DNA of 64,000 nucleotides from Hamiltosporidium tvaerminnensis FI-OER-3-3 (lineage: Eukaryota > Fungi > Microsporidia): positions 248,001 through 312,000 of the forward strand of contig CM061253.1 of the NCBI GenBank assembly GCA_022605425.2, in the 5' to 3' direction. Under the pieces are notes generated by a model that made no database searches, was not told the DNA's origin, and was given only the letters and a program-made list of their open reading frames with translations. The stretch's first letter is position 1. The number at the start of each line of letters is the position of its first letter. Positions 1-11,790 of the stretch are shown here, in pieces. Both the position numbers and the translations under genes were made by a program.

Positions 1-70
1 GTCCCTTTTAGTCGGTTCTTACGGCAAGCAGCGAAATCTCCAAGCCAATTCTGCATCCGGCAGAGCGAAT
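1..70 (-). mobile_element. RTE-derived SINE-like element, copy A (5' part only; continues off the window)
   Basis: Reverse complement ...gcagaattggcttggagatttcgctgcttgccgtaagaaccgactaaaagggac matches the 5' core of the copies at 11481, 36479 and 56452. Confidence 0.75.
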
Positions 71-599
71 AAACTAATACGAATCATGTAATGATATCCA
101 GTATATTCGTGTGTAGTTTATATCACACAGATTATATATGAGAGATTTTCGGACCAAAATAAAACATTATTACCATACAACAAGCAGATAACTAAAGAAG
201 GTGGAAAAGTAATTCAGAGTGTTTATAAAAGGGTTTTGAGTAAATTCATCATGCTTTTGGTTTATTATAACAAAAGAAGGTTCTATTTAAAGGTGTTGAT
301 TGGTAACGCTGATTTACTCTATATATTCTTTTTTTTCAAGAGCACGTAGAAATGATCAAAATGTTATGATATAGATTCTAGACGATAGAATTCTCTCTAT
401 AATAATTATAAATAGCTGTAAAAAAATTCAAAAAACATATTTAATAAGAATTAATACATAAAATAAATTATTATTATAAGTTATAAAACAATACAAGCGC
501 ATAAAGTACCATTGAAACAAAAGATAAAGTTACTATAAATAAGAGTAACTTAATCATTGCGACAAACGGTGAATCGCAATACAATTTGTTATAAAATTT

Positions 600-2700
600 A
601 ATTAAAAATTATTAAAGTTGTGGTTTTCTGTAAAAAAATATTTTTTTGGATTTTAGTATTCTTAATAAAGGTAACCGAATATTCAAGTAAAATAAAAAAA
701 TTTACGTTACACATGTTCTAAAGGTTGTATTAAATATTAAAATGTAGTAATGAAACTTTTTAGGTATTCTTTTACTATTAAGAGTATTTTTTCTAGCAAA
801 TTTGCTTTATATAGCAAAAAACCCATCATTGAAAATTTTTGTATTCAAAACATCCAAAATAATTTTTAGATGCTTTGTTTTCTGTTATTTGTTAAAATTT
901 TAGTTAAATGACCGAGTATTTTGTCTTTGGTCTAGGTTTTCGGTCTAGGGTAACGAACTCGAGTATTGTATTATTTATTGGATTTTCTTACTACTCCCTA
1001 TAAAAAATCGTTCTAGAAATGATTTTTAAGGAACCCAAAGTTCGAAATAAAAGAAATAAACTGTACTATTGGTATATTTTTTCGATTATTCCTTATTGAT
1101 AATGCTATCGAATTTAGATATATATTTAATATACCTATAAAACATCAAGGCCTGTTGTTCACTAAAACTTTATACAAACTTTAGCAAGATTTTCAGTTTT
1201 CTCTGATCTTCCTGCCTAAGATTTTACGCTTTATTTTACATTTATGGATTCTTCTTTAATTAAAGTTTTAAATAATTCAACTGTAGTTTTTACTCTAAAA
1301 AATCGGATTCTTTGATAAATTTAACACTTTTATCAGAACTTGTTTTTGAATTTTTTATAATATCATAGGCTAAATTAATGGCATTTGAGAATTAAAATTT
1401 TTCCGAAAAAATCTTTGTATAGATTTGGTTTAAATTCGTTAGAAAAATATTAAATTAGTAGTTTAAAATCTTAAAAGAAATAATTACGGCCCTTTCCTTT
1501 AAAGAATAAATTCATTTACTTTATATAAAATATAGCATTATCGCCTCAATAAAAATGAGCTGATTATGCAGGCATATAGAAATCCGAGTTTTAGACCACA
1601 TAATTAAAAATTAGTTTGTATATCTCTTATTTAAATTTTACTTAAGAATAAATATTATTGAAGCAATGCATATATAAATAGAAGCTAGATAAAATGCAAA
1701 AGTACATAATCGTGTCAATGCAAAAATAAATCGATATCCGAATAGAAATGATGTGGCTAATACTTTGAAATCTACAATAAATATAATAACGTCATGGTTT
1801 TTGTTTAAAGAATATTACTTTTAAAAATTGGTATAATTAAAGAGATTCGAGTTTTTTTTGGAGTATTATTTTTAGCTTTTTTAAATAATTACTATAAGCA
1901 TATTAATCCTACGGCACTTTGGTTTTGGAAATCGGTTTTGGTCTCGAAACAATCATTTATTTCTTTCCACATTGTACAAAAATTTTAATTATCCACTAAA
2001 CACATTTTTATTCTATTGCTTTTAACGATACTACCAACCATATTTTTAAAAGTCTTTCTCGGTTTCTTTTATCTTAAGAAATAGCTCAAAATTTTTCTAG
2101 GATTGTTCTTGGCTAAGATTATTTCAAAATATTCTATGCCCTTAAACTAAGAAAGTGTTTTACTTGGAAAAATCGATTATTTGTTATATCATACATTTTT
2201 TTGTCATATGTTCCCCCTTTATTTTTTAATAGTTGCCTAAGTCTTTATAAGCATTTTCTTGACCTTGTCTAAAAAAAATATAAGTCATTATCGAGACTAA
2301 CTAATATTTCGAAAGTTTAAATAATAATGTGGCATAAACAATAGAAAAATCTCGGTTTCTGTTACAAATGTTGGATTTCCTTGAATAGGCGACAAATGAA
2401 TTATTGTTCTTGTTTTATTGAGCATATTTTTTTGAGCCTAAGTACATCCCAAATCATTCTCTTCTAAAGCGGTTTGGCTTTTATTCTTATTTATTATAAT
2501 AAATACGTATCATATATTATGCATGTTTTCCAATATGGCCTTAGTAATCTACTCTACGATGTGTTTGTATCATTTATAATAGCTTGTTACACAGTCTTTC
2601 GAAGCGGCACGGAACGTATTAAAGAGGCATTTTAATATTGGTTTTTTAAACCATGAGAAATACGAAAAAGCCTCTTTAAAAAGCTTAAACCAAACCGAAA
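600..2700 (-). pseudogene. Decayed gene-family paralog (homologous to 23720-25500)
   Basis: Collinear patches shared with 23.7-25.5 kb, e.g. attatcgcctcaataaaaatgagctg (~1537) vs attatcgcttcagtacaaatcagctg (~24679), and tttttaggtattcttt vs ttcttaggtattgttt. No ORF survives; the strand and family assignment are inferred. Confidence 0.4.
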
Positions 2701-3154
2701 TTATGATTATGGTTTTTTTTACCAAAATACAAATATGAATGGCAACAATAAAGTAAAAAAGTATTTATAGGTGATTTAGTCGCCAACCCTACGATCACTA
2801 CGCATATATAGAGTCATGCTTATGCTAACTAGTATGTGTATTAGCAAAAAAATGTTGATTATTACAATATATGTGGACATCTTCTATCTTTCTCTCTGTG
2901 TAAGTTTATCATTAGACCTCTTAAGCCGTTAGCCGTAAAAGCTCTTTTAGGCGGCTACATTTTCGCATTTAGAATATTTTTTTTACATTTTTTTACATTT
3001 TTCTACGAAGTTATGAAATTATTTCGATCAGAAACTTTAGCCAAAGGGAATATTCATACTATAAACAAAATAATCTTCGCAAAAATTGGAAATAATACTT
3101 CGATAATTTTATATTTTATTTTTAAATGCTATAATAGCTATAAGAAATTCTACT

Positions 3155-4480
3155 ATGTCAAAAAAAGCAAATAGATCAATGATCCACATTAAGTCACTTT
3201 TACAGCGGTAAAGGATGCCCCAAAACATTCTCAATGCATTCTATGTTTAAATATATTTTCGACAAGCAATCACAGACTACTAAAGCTTTTAGAGCCTCTT
3301 ACCAATCTACATGGTGGTAAAGGTACAAATAAAATGAACAGCTTGAACTCAAAAATGACTCGATTTGATATACTTAATACAATCTACAAAATTATACGAG
3401 TCAAAAATTCAGAAGCCTTTGCATTTGTGTTTTTACGAGAATATCCATGCTGGAAAAAAAACCTTATGCAATCGCCAAGGAAATTATAAAACTTGCTATC
3501 AATAATAGCTAAACCATTATTAAATACTGAAGCACGTTATATTTTATCGAATAATTTTAGAAAGCTAAGATTCTTCGCGAATTAACTCTTGGGAAGATAT
3601 TTTACTTTACATAATTAAAGACATAAGACTACGCTTACTAAGAATAAGTATATAGTTAAAAGGGTCAACCGATGTTTATAATTGCTGCAAGCTGCTGGTA
3701 TTTTTGCGATTATAAACAAAAAATAGAGTAATTTCTATTTTGTGGGCTATAGGAGTAAATTGAGAGACATTTACTCTTCTGATCACCCATTTTTTGTTAG
3801 AAAATTTATTATCACTAAATGTGATGACCTCAATATGCGCTACTAGGCTCCAACCATGTCAAGCAGAGAGTCTAGATTTTTTCTCACGCTAAAAAGGGTA
3901 ATCTCTAAAGATAGAAATAACGGATTGTATGCTACAGTGTCGTTCACTTGCATTAAAAACATTGTATATATTATCTAATTATGCAATAGCATAGTTGAAA
4001 AATCATCAGACGAGTTTTAATAATCGTTTTTTGTTTCTCTGTGGCCAAATGGTTTTGTTCATATATTGCTACTATATCATAGAGAGATACGATGGCATTT
4101 TAAAGGTGCCTGTTTATAAAAGCTTAAAAAATGCGGGAATAAATTATTGCGATATTGGATGGTAAAAACTCATGTTTGTTAACAGATTTTTCAATTTTAA
4201 ACACCATGCTCAGACTAGTTCATTAGCAGATCCATACCACTTATTGAATCAAGGATATAATCTAGAGAGGTGGTACGACCATAATAAATGTTGAATAAAA
4301 ACCATCTTCATTTTTTACATGCTTGAAGTTTTTGTACATCGAGTTGAAATTGCAAATTCTAAACTTCTTTAGTTTGATTTAAGCATTGTAGAAAATGTAA
4401 AAAAAAGCAATTATACCCCACATTTCAATGCATTTGAAATTCTTAACGAATCATTCATAGAAATCTTTTAAGGGAAATAT
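3155..4480 (+). mobile_element. hAT (Buster/Charlie, ZBED5/ZBED8-like) transposase pseudogene
   Basis: Frameshifted translations retain family motifs in order: FTAVKDAPKHSQCILCLNIF..LLKLLEPLTNLHGG (BED finger), KKPYAIAKEII (cf. KKPHTIGEELI), GSTDVYNCCKLLVF at 3662 (cf. DESTDVSNCAQLLVF), LLLYHREIRWHFKG at 4066 (cf. LLYHTEVRWLSRG), LADPYHLLN. Confidence 0.85.
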
Positions 4481-4559
4481 TATCAAAACTCAAAACTGGA
4501 TACATTAGACTTTTGATAACACAAATTCGATTGGTGCTAGTGATTAAAAAAAGAAGTTA

Positions 4560-5434
4560 TTTGGAAATGCAGGACAGTAGACTATTAACTTAATTTGTCG
4601 ATTTGAATCAAAACATTTCTCTGATACATAGTTAGATGATTATCTACTGTTTAAAAAAAGGTATTACATTTTCTTCTATTATTTATTACTACTTACCCGT
4701 GTGCAAAATGTTTTCATCACTTTTGCGCTTTAACACCAAAGCGAAAATAGCATGAAAGCAAGTTATGACTTACGCAAGTTTCATTTAAAAAAATAGCCTC
4801 GCTTCACAAATATTATAATAAACAAGCAACGCTGTCTAGTTACAAAATAATATAATTTTTTACGAAGTTGATATATTTAAATATGTAACGGATAATTTAA
4901 ACTTTTGAAATTTTGTATAATGCCCAAAGCGAATGTGTGATTTGATAAATTTTTATTTTGTTCAAAAAAATCAGACATTTTCAAACTAGGGAGCTTTCAA
5001 CAAAAAATCTTAACAAACAAGCTGAAAAAATGCCTAAGCTCTTATTTAATATACTCTGCCGCTCAAAATGAGGCATGTTGGGAGTTTGAGCCCATGATGT
5101 CGACAGAGGTTGCACTGATGCAAGAATTATTATGAAATTTGTTCTTAGCATATCAGAGGCCAATCTCATGTATTTCAAAACCAAGCATAGAATCTTGAAT
5201 CAAGTTTATGTGCAGAACCAATCTAAAATCTGTAATCCAACCGTTTTTTGCATTAAAAGAATTCCAAAGATCGAAATTTCATTAAGGGAATGTGCAATAA
5301 TCCCTTTCAAGACCAAGTTTCAATGTTATAAACGATGTGACGGTAAACTTGGATGCAAATCTGACATATGCAAGTGCCTTAAAGGAAAAAAGCATTGTTA
5401 CTCGAAATTTCGCGAAAAAAAGAAACTGCTCTAA
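4560..5434 (+). mobile_element. Ginger2/KRBA2-like integrase-type DNA transposase relic (C-terminal part)
   Basis: KNLNKQAEKM...DVDRGCTDAR...TKHRILNQVYVQNQ...ISLRECA...CKSDICKCLKGKKHCYSK follows the KRBA2/SCAND3-like C-terminus (PDVDRG..D.RN; GTK.G.L...Y.RNQ; C.C...C...RC.C......C.S.CH). Includes ORF 5132-5434; the left boundary is approximate. Confidence 0.8.
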
Positions 5435-5561
5435 TCAATATAAACACTTGAATTTGACATATTTTATTAATGTACATGTTTTTTTGTGTTAAGTACTTTT
5501 TTATAATTTTTTACATTAGTAATATTTTCTCATATTTTTATATGTTATAAAATAGTGAAGT

Positions 5562-6237
5562 GAGATAACCACATAGAAAATTTTCTGCTTGAAAATGAGT
5601 GTGTGGACTGGTGTGAGCTCATATTTTGAATTTTCGGTGAAAAATCAACCACACTACATCTTCGGTTGTTCTATGGGAGTTCGTATGAGGAGAAGAGGTC
5701 TACGAAATGGCGAAACTACCCACAAATTTATTTGTATTTTTTATATGAACCAGATTGCAGACTGCAGATGAACATGTAGATAATTGCCATGTAAAGGCAC
5801 GGAAACCTAGCTTTGCTCACTCGCGTTTGAATACTTGGCGCCCAGGAGATATAAAAATTAAACACATTAAAAGCCGGGAGAGCTAAGTACCGGATTTTAC
5901 CTGTGGGATGACATTGCACTGTCTAGGTGGACCCATGTAAATCTCTAAAATATATCTTAGCTAGAAATTTATGGGGTTCAAGAAAGTGTAGAGTATGTGG
6001 GAATACTGCATAGTCTTCGGGGGCCCAGGAGGTTCGGCCCTCGACCACACCCCATGCTACCGACATTAACGAAAACCGGGCAAAAACCTCGCCTATTAAT
6101 TAGGTTTTACATACCAGGTAGATGAAAGGCTTCGGAACGTAGGTATCGCAGGGGTTACCGATGGAGTCTTGGAGTAGCAGTCATTTATCTTAAACCTAGA
6201 ACTGCGTAATGTCATGAAAACAAATATAACACTTGCC
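5562..6237 (+). mobile_element. Dispersed ~600-680 bp repeat, copy 1 (probable 3' end of a non-LTR retrotransposon)
   Basis: Reverse-complement homology along its length to 59938-60518 and, more diverged, to 54546-55190. All three share the gtcatgaaaac/gccatgaaaac 3' end and differ in 5' extent. Confidence 0.75.
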
Positions 6238-7249
6238 ATTGTTTTAAAAGAAGTTATATTTTTAAATAAATTGGAACGATTATGTTATAAAAAATTCTCA
6301 AATTGCCCGTAACATATACTTTTTTTTAAATAACAACAATTTTCAACAAATATTAACACTTTTTTATTTTGCTGTGAGAACGATTTTCTCATAAAAGTGA
6401 ATTTCACTCACTTAAAAGATTAAAAATTACTTTTATAATCCAGAATATAACATACTCATGTATTTCTTTCGCGTATAATCCGAATGTTTGCGTGTGCTAC
6501 TTTTACACTATTTTGACATAATATTGTGCCTTATGTGTTTTTTCTTATATTTCGAACCACTGTTTTTAAAACGTTTTCTTTTACTTACACTTTTAGATAA
6601 TGTAAAAGCCATGATAAGTTGTATTTATAAGAAATACCTTATTCCCTCGATATTAGTATTCTAATGAATAAAACAATATATTTGTTTTACATTTAAGATA
6701 ATTGTAAAATAGATAAAGTTCGGTTGATTGAATTTTTTTACTTCGCTGAGAATAAAAGAACTAAACTTTTTTGCAATAACCTATACGGGACGTGAGACAC
6801 TTTGGTTTTTTGTTTTCATTTGTTTATTTAGGAACTTAACCGATATTTAGAGTAAAAATCTATTCTTCAAACTTAATTTTTTTGCTTAGAATTATCTCAT
6901 TAAGAAAAGCGTATCGAACATTTAAAATTATTTTTGTTATATGGTCAAATTATTGTGATATAAATTTTTCTATGCCTAACAAATGTCGGATAAATAATTT
7001 TTCTATTTTCTTGAGCTTTTTTTTATGAATTAAAACAAATGTCTCATGAATCCTTCTTATTTTTTTACGTCTTGGTTCTATATGTTTCTTTAGCTCACAA
7101 ATGTTTAATATGACTTCGAAACTTACTCAAAAATAATTGTTTCAATTTACTTTATCATATCGGTTTTCTTCTTTTATGCTTATTTTATTCGAAATCTGTT
7201 TTTTTATAGTTAGATTAAATTAAACTAACAATAGATGTGACTTTACGCA

Positions 7250-7900
7250 CTTTGCAGTTGTTTTGGGCCTTATAATGGCTTTAAATTGAGTATTCAAATA
7301 GAATTACTTAATTATAACATGTTTTTTTAATAGGAGCCATGAATATACTCACCACTTTACAGATACATATTTTAAGAATTTTAGGGCATTTTTGACAGGA
7401 ATAAGCACTTTCCATGTACATTACAAACGTATCTATAGATTTTATAGACATAATATGAAATAATATACCATAGTGACGGTTAAAATTATCATTAATCATT
7501 TAGTATATTTTTATTTTGAAAATTAATTCAGCTTCAATCGATTGCTAGTTGTTGTCGTTATGAATTCATATTTCAAAAGATGACATAAGAAACGTACTGT
7601 CTAAGAAGGTTGAATTTTTTCATCGCGTATACAGCAAAAAAATTCGCAATCTAAAGACTGAAATGAAACACGCTTATGTTTTGCGAGTTGGAAGTGTCGT
7701 AGATTTGTATAAGTTTGGTTTTTTAACAGTTTCTTGATATATGCCTTGCTTTTAAAAATCCTTTAATATCTAATTTTTAAATTTAGTTCATATATCTGGC
7801 CTAGAACTTATTTTTTGATTTGTTTATATAAAAAAAATGTTTCATCTCGGCCTTTCTCACAAACTTCATCGACCCCTGGCGTCTCTTCTGTTTTTCTTAA
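7250..7900 (-). mobile_element. IS630/Tc1-like (DDE_3) transposase relic
   Basis: Minus-strand fragments in the expected order: ~D-E..FNL, INDNFNR..ILF, VMYMESAY (cf. VLIMDNARFH), IFMAP...NSI (cf. FLPPYSPQLNPIE). Heavily decayed. Confidence 0.45.
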
Positions 7901-7999
7901 TTTTAGACTTAAAACATTACATGCTGTTTTGATCCTTCTATAATATATACTCACATGAATTAATACGGCATTGAATTTACAATCCCGAGAAAAGATTCT

Positions 8000-9400
8000 T
8001 ATGTCATTTTGACTAATCTCATCGTCTTTGTCTTAGTTCAAGTTTCGACTTTATCATTGGTTGATTTATCGTTTTACACAAACTGGAACCACTTTATTTC
8101 TGTAGCTCTTCCGCTTATCAGCTTTCTTTCCTCTTAGGTAGCCCCTATGTTTTGCATATAGTTCGAGAAAATATATTTACCAAGTAAATCTTAATTTAGA
8201 AGTTTTTCTTAAAATTTTATTTATAAGGGGTGTATATGATATTTAGTTAGAGTTTTCTGAATGCTGATATAAATCTTTGCTTTATAGGTTTAATCACAGA
8301 AGTTTTTTTGTTAGAAATATTCGAAGATACACACATGCGCTAAAAGACCAAACTTATAGATTTCATTATTTTATAGGGTGGGAAATTTTTCATATTCGAG
8401 TGCATTCACTAGAATACGGGCAGACTAGATAAAGAAACCCCGTAGTATTATTTAAAAGCACTATATGCACCATCCATCGTTTATCGTTAGGTATTTAATA
8501 CACCAAAACGTGTTTTACAACAAACTCGGTACATATTTTTATAAAATATGAGAAAAGCGAGCTATAAACGATTTAATGCTAGTAAATTCGATTTTTCGCA
8601 TTAAATATATTATTTCACTGTGTACTTGGATTATTCGACTTTTTTAGTTAATATGGAGCATCCGGTCATAATTATACTCGCTTTTAAAATATTTCAGATG
8701 ACTATGTTTTGGACTTTTTTTGCCGAAGGCTATACTTGAAGCCAGCGTCTCAATATAACACAAATATTTCGAATTTCTTTGCGAGTCGCGAAAAACTTTG
8801 GTTCGCAGTCAATTCTTTAAGCTTTAACAAGGATAGTATTTCTATTTTTGCATATGGCACCACATAACATCGCCGGTTCAACCTTCTGAAGCCAACTGTG
8901 AAATACAAAAGAAGGTTTTTCATCCAACCTTTTTTAATGTTCGCCTAAAAAATAACCTACTTAATATCCTAACTTGCTACGATTTGTCTCGATTTTTTCT
9001 GTTTACACAAGAAAGTTACTTCATATATTAAACAGTCGCCTTAGGTTCTGCAATTCGAGTATACCAAAAAGTATTTTGTGCAAATTGCGTGTTATATCCG
9101 AAATTTTCTCACCGTTATGGACGTATTAACTATTTTAACAATTTTAAAACACTAAGGATTTTATTTAGCGCTTAGTTTTATTGACAATGAACTTAGAAGA
9201 AACCGCAGCTTTCGAGTCCAAACTGGACCTTGAAAATTTTTCTTAAAATTGCAAACAGTTCAAAAGACTGGGCTTTTTTCTTTACTTTACAATGCAGTAC
9301 AATGCTTCGGTATAATATCTCTGAAGGATATAAATCATTAGCAGAGATAACAGTGAAAGAGCACGCACATAAAAACCTACGCAGAGCAAAAACTCGAAAT
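8000..9400. repeat. Decayed duplicated segment homologous to 27100-28700
   Basis: Collinear shared patches: agtttcgactttatc vs agttcatgactttatc; aacagtcgcctt vs aacagtcgactt; tagaagaaaccgcagctt..ttgcaaacagttcaaaag vs tagaaaaagcagctt..ttgcaaatagttaaaaag. Product not recognised. Confidence 0.5.
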
Positions 9401-9499
9401 TAAAGCACAATGATGCAAGATATATTTATTATTCTTGAATATATCTCTAATGTAAAGTCTATTCTTATCTGTTCGAAAATAGAATGTTAAATTTTATTC

Positions 9500-9870
9500 T
9501 AAGATGTAAATAAAATCATAGGACCTTCAATTCGGCGTTGACATCATACAAAGTTTAGCCTTATATTTTTTATATTAATATAAAAAACTTTACCTTTATG
9601 ACCAGCGTTCTGCTTATTCACAATAGCGGTTTGTTCTTTAATAAAATTTTGTTGCTCAATTTGAAAAATACGTCTTTTTGAAGTGGTTTTTTTACATTTT
9701 TTTGCCGATTAAAAAATTCTACTGATTTTTTTACTATTTTTTTGCCATCTTTAAATCTTGATATGGAATAAGAGTTTGTATTTTTGCAAATGTATCTGCC
9801 TCCGCGGTATTTGTGAAAATCCAACCGTAACCTCTGTTAGGCAGATATATTAATCGATCTATGCATTTTA
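9500..9870 (-). mobile_element. Integrase (rve, Ginger-like) relic
   Basis: Minus strand gives IDRLIYLPNRGYGWIFTNTAEADTFAK, resembling QIDL..N.GY.WIL..ID.FSK also seen in the 63.5 kb relic. Confidence 0.4.
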
Positions 9871-11239
9871 TAAGTTTTATATTGGCATAATTATGATTTC
9901 TGACTGTTATATTTTGTGTTTCGGATGATATGTATTCGAAATAGAAAAAGTTAAATATAACGCAGAATCGCTAATAATTAAAACAACTTTTTATAAAATC
10001 TATTACACTCTGTCTTTAAAATAAAATAAACCTGGGTGTAGAATTGGTGGCAGTATCTACAATAAAACATATGGTGATAGCGCTTCCCATAATATATATA
10101 GTACTGAAGTAAAATTTATCTCTTACTCTTTAACAGTATTATTTGAATAAATAAAATAAATTTTTATTTCTTTTAAAAAAGAGAGCTATTTTTTCAACAA
10201 TGATTTGCCTTTTTTGAATAAATTCGTAAAAAAAGTTTTCCAGGGTTCAACCTAGAATGGAACTTTTCGAAATATCAGATAATTACTTATAAAGAGAATT
10301 AACAACCAAGAATAGAGAAAGCATTCAGACGATAGTTCTTTCGGAGAAAGTACAAATCATTTTTTCTAAAAAACAGAAGCTGGTAGTATTGAAGATGGGA
10401 TCCCAGTAAAAAGAAAAAAGAGTATATAAATGTCATATAAAAAGCAAAGATCGATAATTGCTCAAATTTATTTTAGTATAAACAAAAGAATAAAAATCAT
10501 AAAGAACTCAAATCGATATGAGATTTAACACTCTTTGTGATAAAACCGGGAAGGATATACTGAATCAAAATTTTCAGAATCAAATTTGAACAAAAAATGA
10601 AATGATTTAGAAAAATATAGAATATAAAGAAAGCAAATCTGACGCTTTCAATTCTGTATCAATTTAATTCCATTATAGCAATATTTTTACCTAAAAAAAA
10701 TAAAAAAATAACGCTCAATACAGTTTAAAATTGAAATATATATTAATACAATAAACTATATTATTTTTTTCTATTAATACTTACATTTTTAGGCATAATG
10801 ATATTTACACATAAAAAAAACAAAATAGATATCATGAAATATTGACGAAAAAATAAATTATTAAAAGAACAAATATAAATAAATTGAGAAAACGTTAAAT
10901 AAAAAATGCAAGCCTTGTCTCATAAATAGAATTAAGCCAGGTTTTTGTGTTCTGAGGGTAGTCTTTGTCAAAATATAAAATATAAACCTCAAAAAATATT
11001 AAAATTGTGGGTCCGATCTAAATATTTTTTAATTAAATTTTTTTTATGATTTGGGTATAAAATCAATGGTAATATTATTTTAAAGAAACACCATAGATAT
11101 ATATTTGCGAACTTTACGAAATATACTAAGAACAAAAAAATATGCAATTAAAAAGTTATTTTTTTGCTAATTTTAATGATCCCGTCATTTTTATTTGAAT
11201 TTTATTACAGAATCTAATTTTATCTTTTTATCTATATAT

Positions 11240-11790
11240 TATAAATCGTGCCGTGTAACGCAAATGAGCGCCAATAAAAACAGTGAGCTTTTTTCGTATT
11301 TATAGAGAGAGATATAACCGGAATTTTACTGTCTAAAATCAAAAAATATATCCCAAACAACTCTTGATGGTAAAAATTTCGGCAAACATCAAAGAAGGCT
11401 CTTTAACGCATAATAATTTTTTAATACATATATAGAAGCCATCATAATATGAAAGATATTTTGTTATCTAACGATACCTAGCCCACCATGCCGGGAGCAG
11501 AATTAGTTTGGAGTATTCTCTGCTTGTCGTAAGAAGCGACTAAAAGGGACTGGTCCTCCATTTTGGCGTTAGACGTAAAGCAAAAGCGCCACCCCTTATA
11601 ACTACCGTGTTACGAAACCCGAAAAAGTAATCAAATCCACTGAAAAAAACAAGTAGGCGATATACCGAAGGAGGCCAAGGCTCGTACAGATCTGTACTGC
11701 CAAGGAAGAATAAATAAAATATACCTAATAACAGATGTTTTTATAGGGAAGATTACGCTTAAAACCACCCTTTTTCAACACCTAAATGAA
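11240..11790 (+). mobile_element. Possible Merlin/IS1595-like transposase relic interrupted by SINE copy B
   Basis: Weak motifs FFVFIERDITGILLSKIKKYI, and RYL|.NRCFYR...HPF when joined across the SINE insertion. Confidence 0.25.
11481..11720 (+). mobile_element. RTE-derived SINE-like element, copy B (full length, 240 bp)
   Basis: 5' core ctctgcttgtcgtaagaagcgactaaaaggga. The 3' end ggaggccaaggctcgtacaga..tgtactgccaaggaagaataaataa resembles arthropod RTE 3' ends. Flanked by the 7-bp direct repeat ATACCTA (11474-11480 and 11721-11727). Confidence 0.85.
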
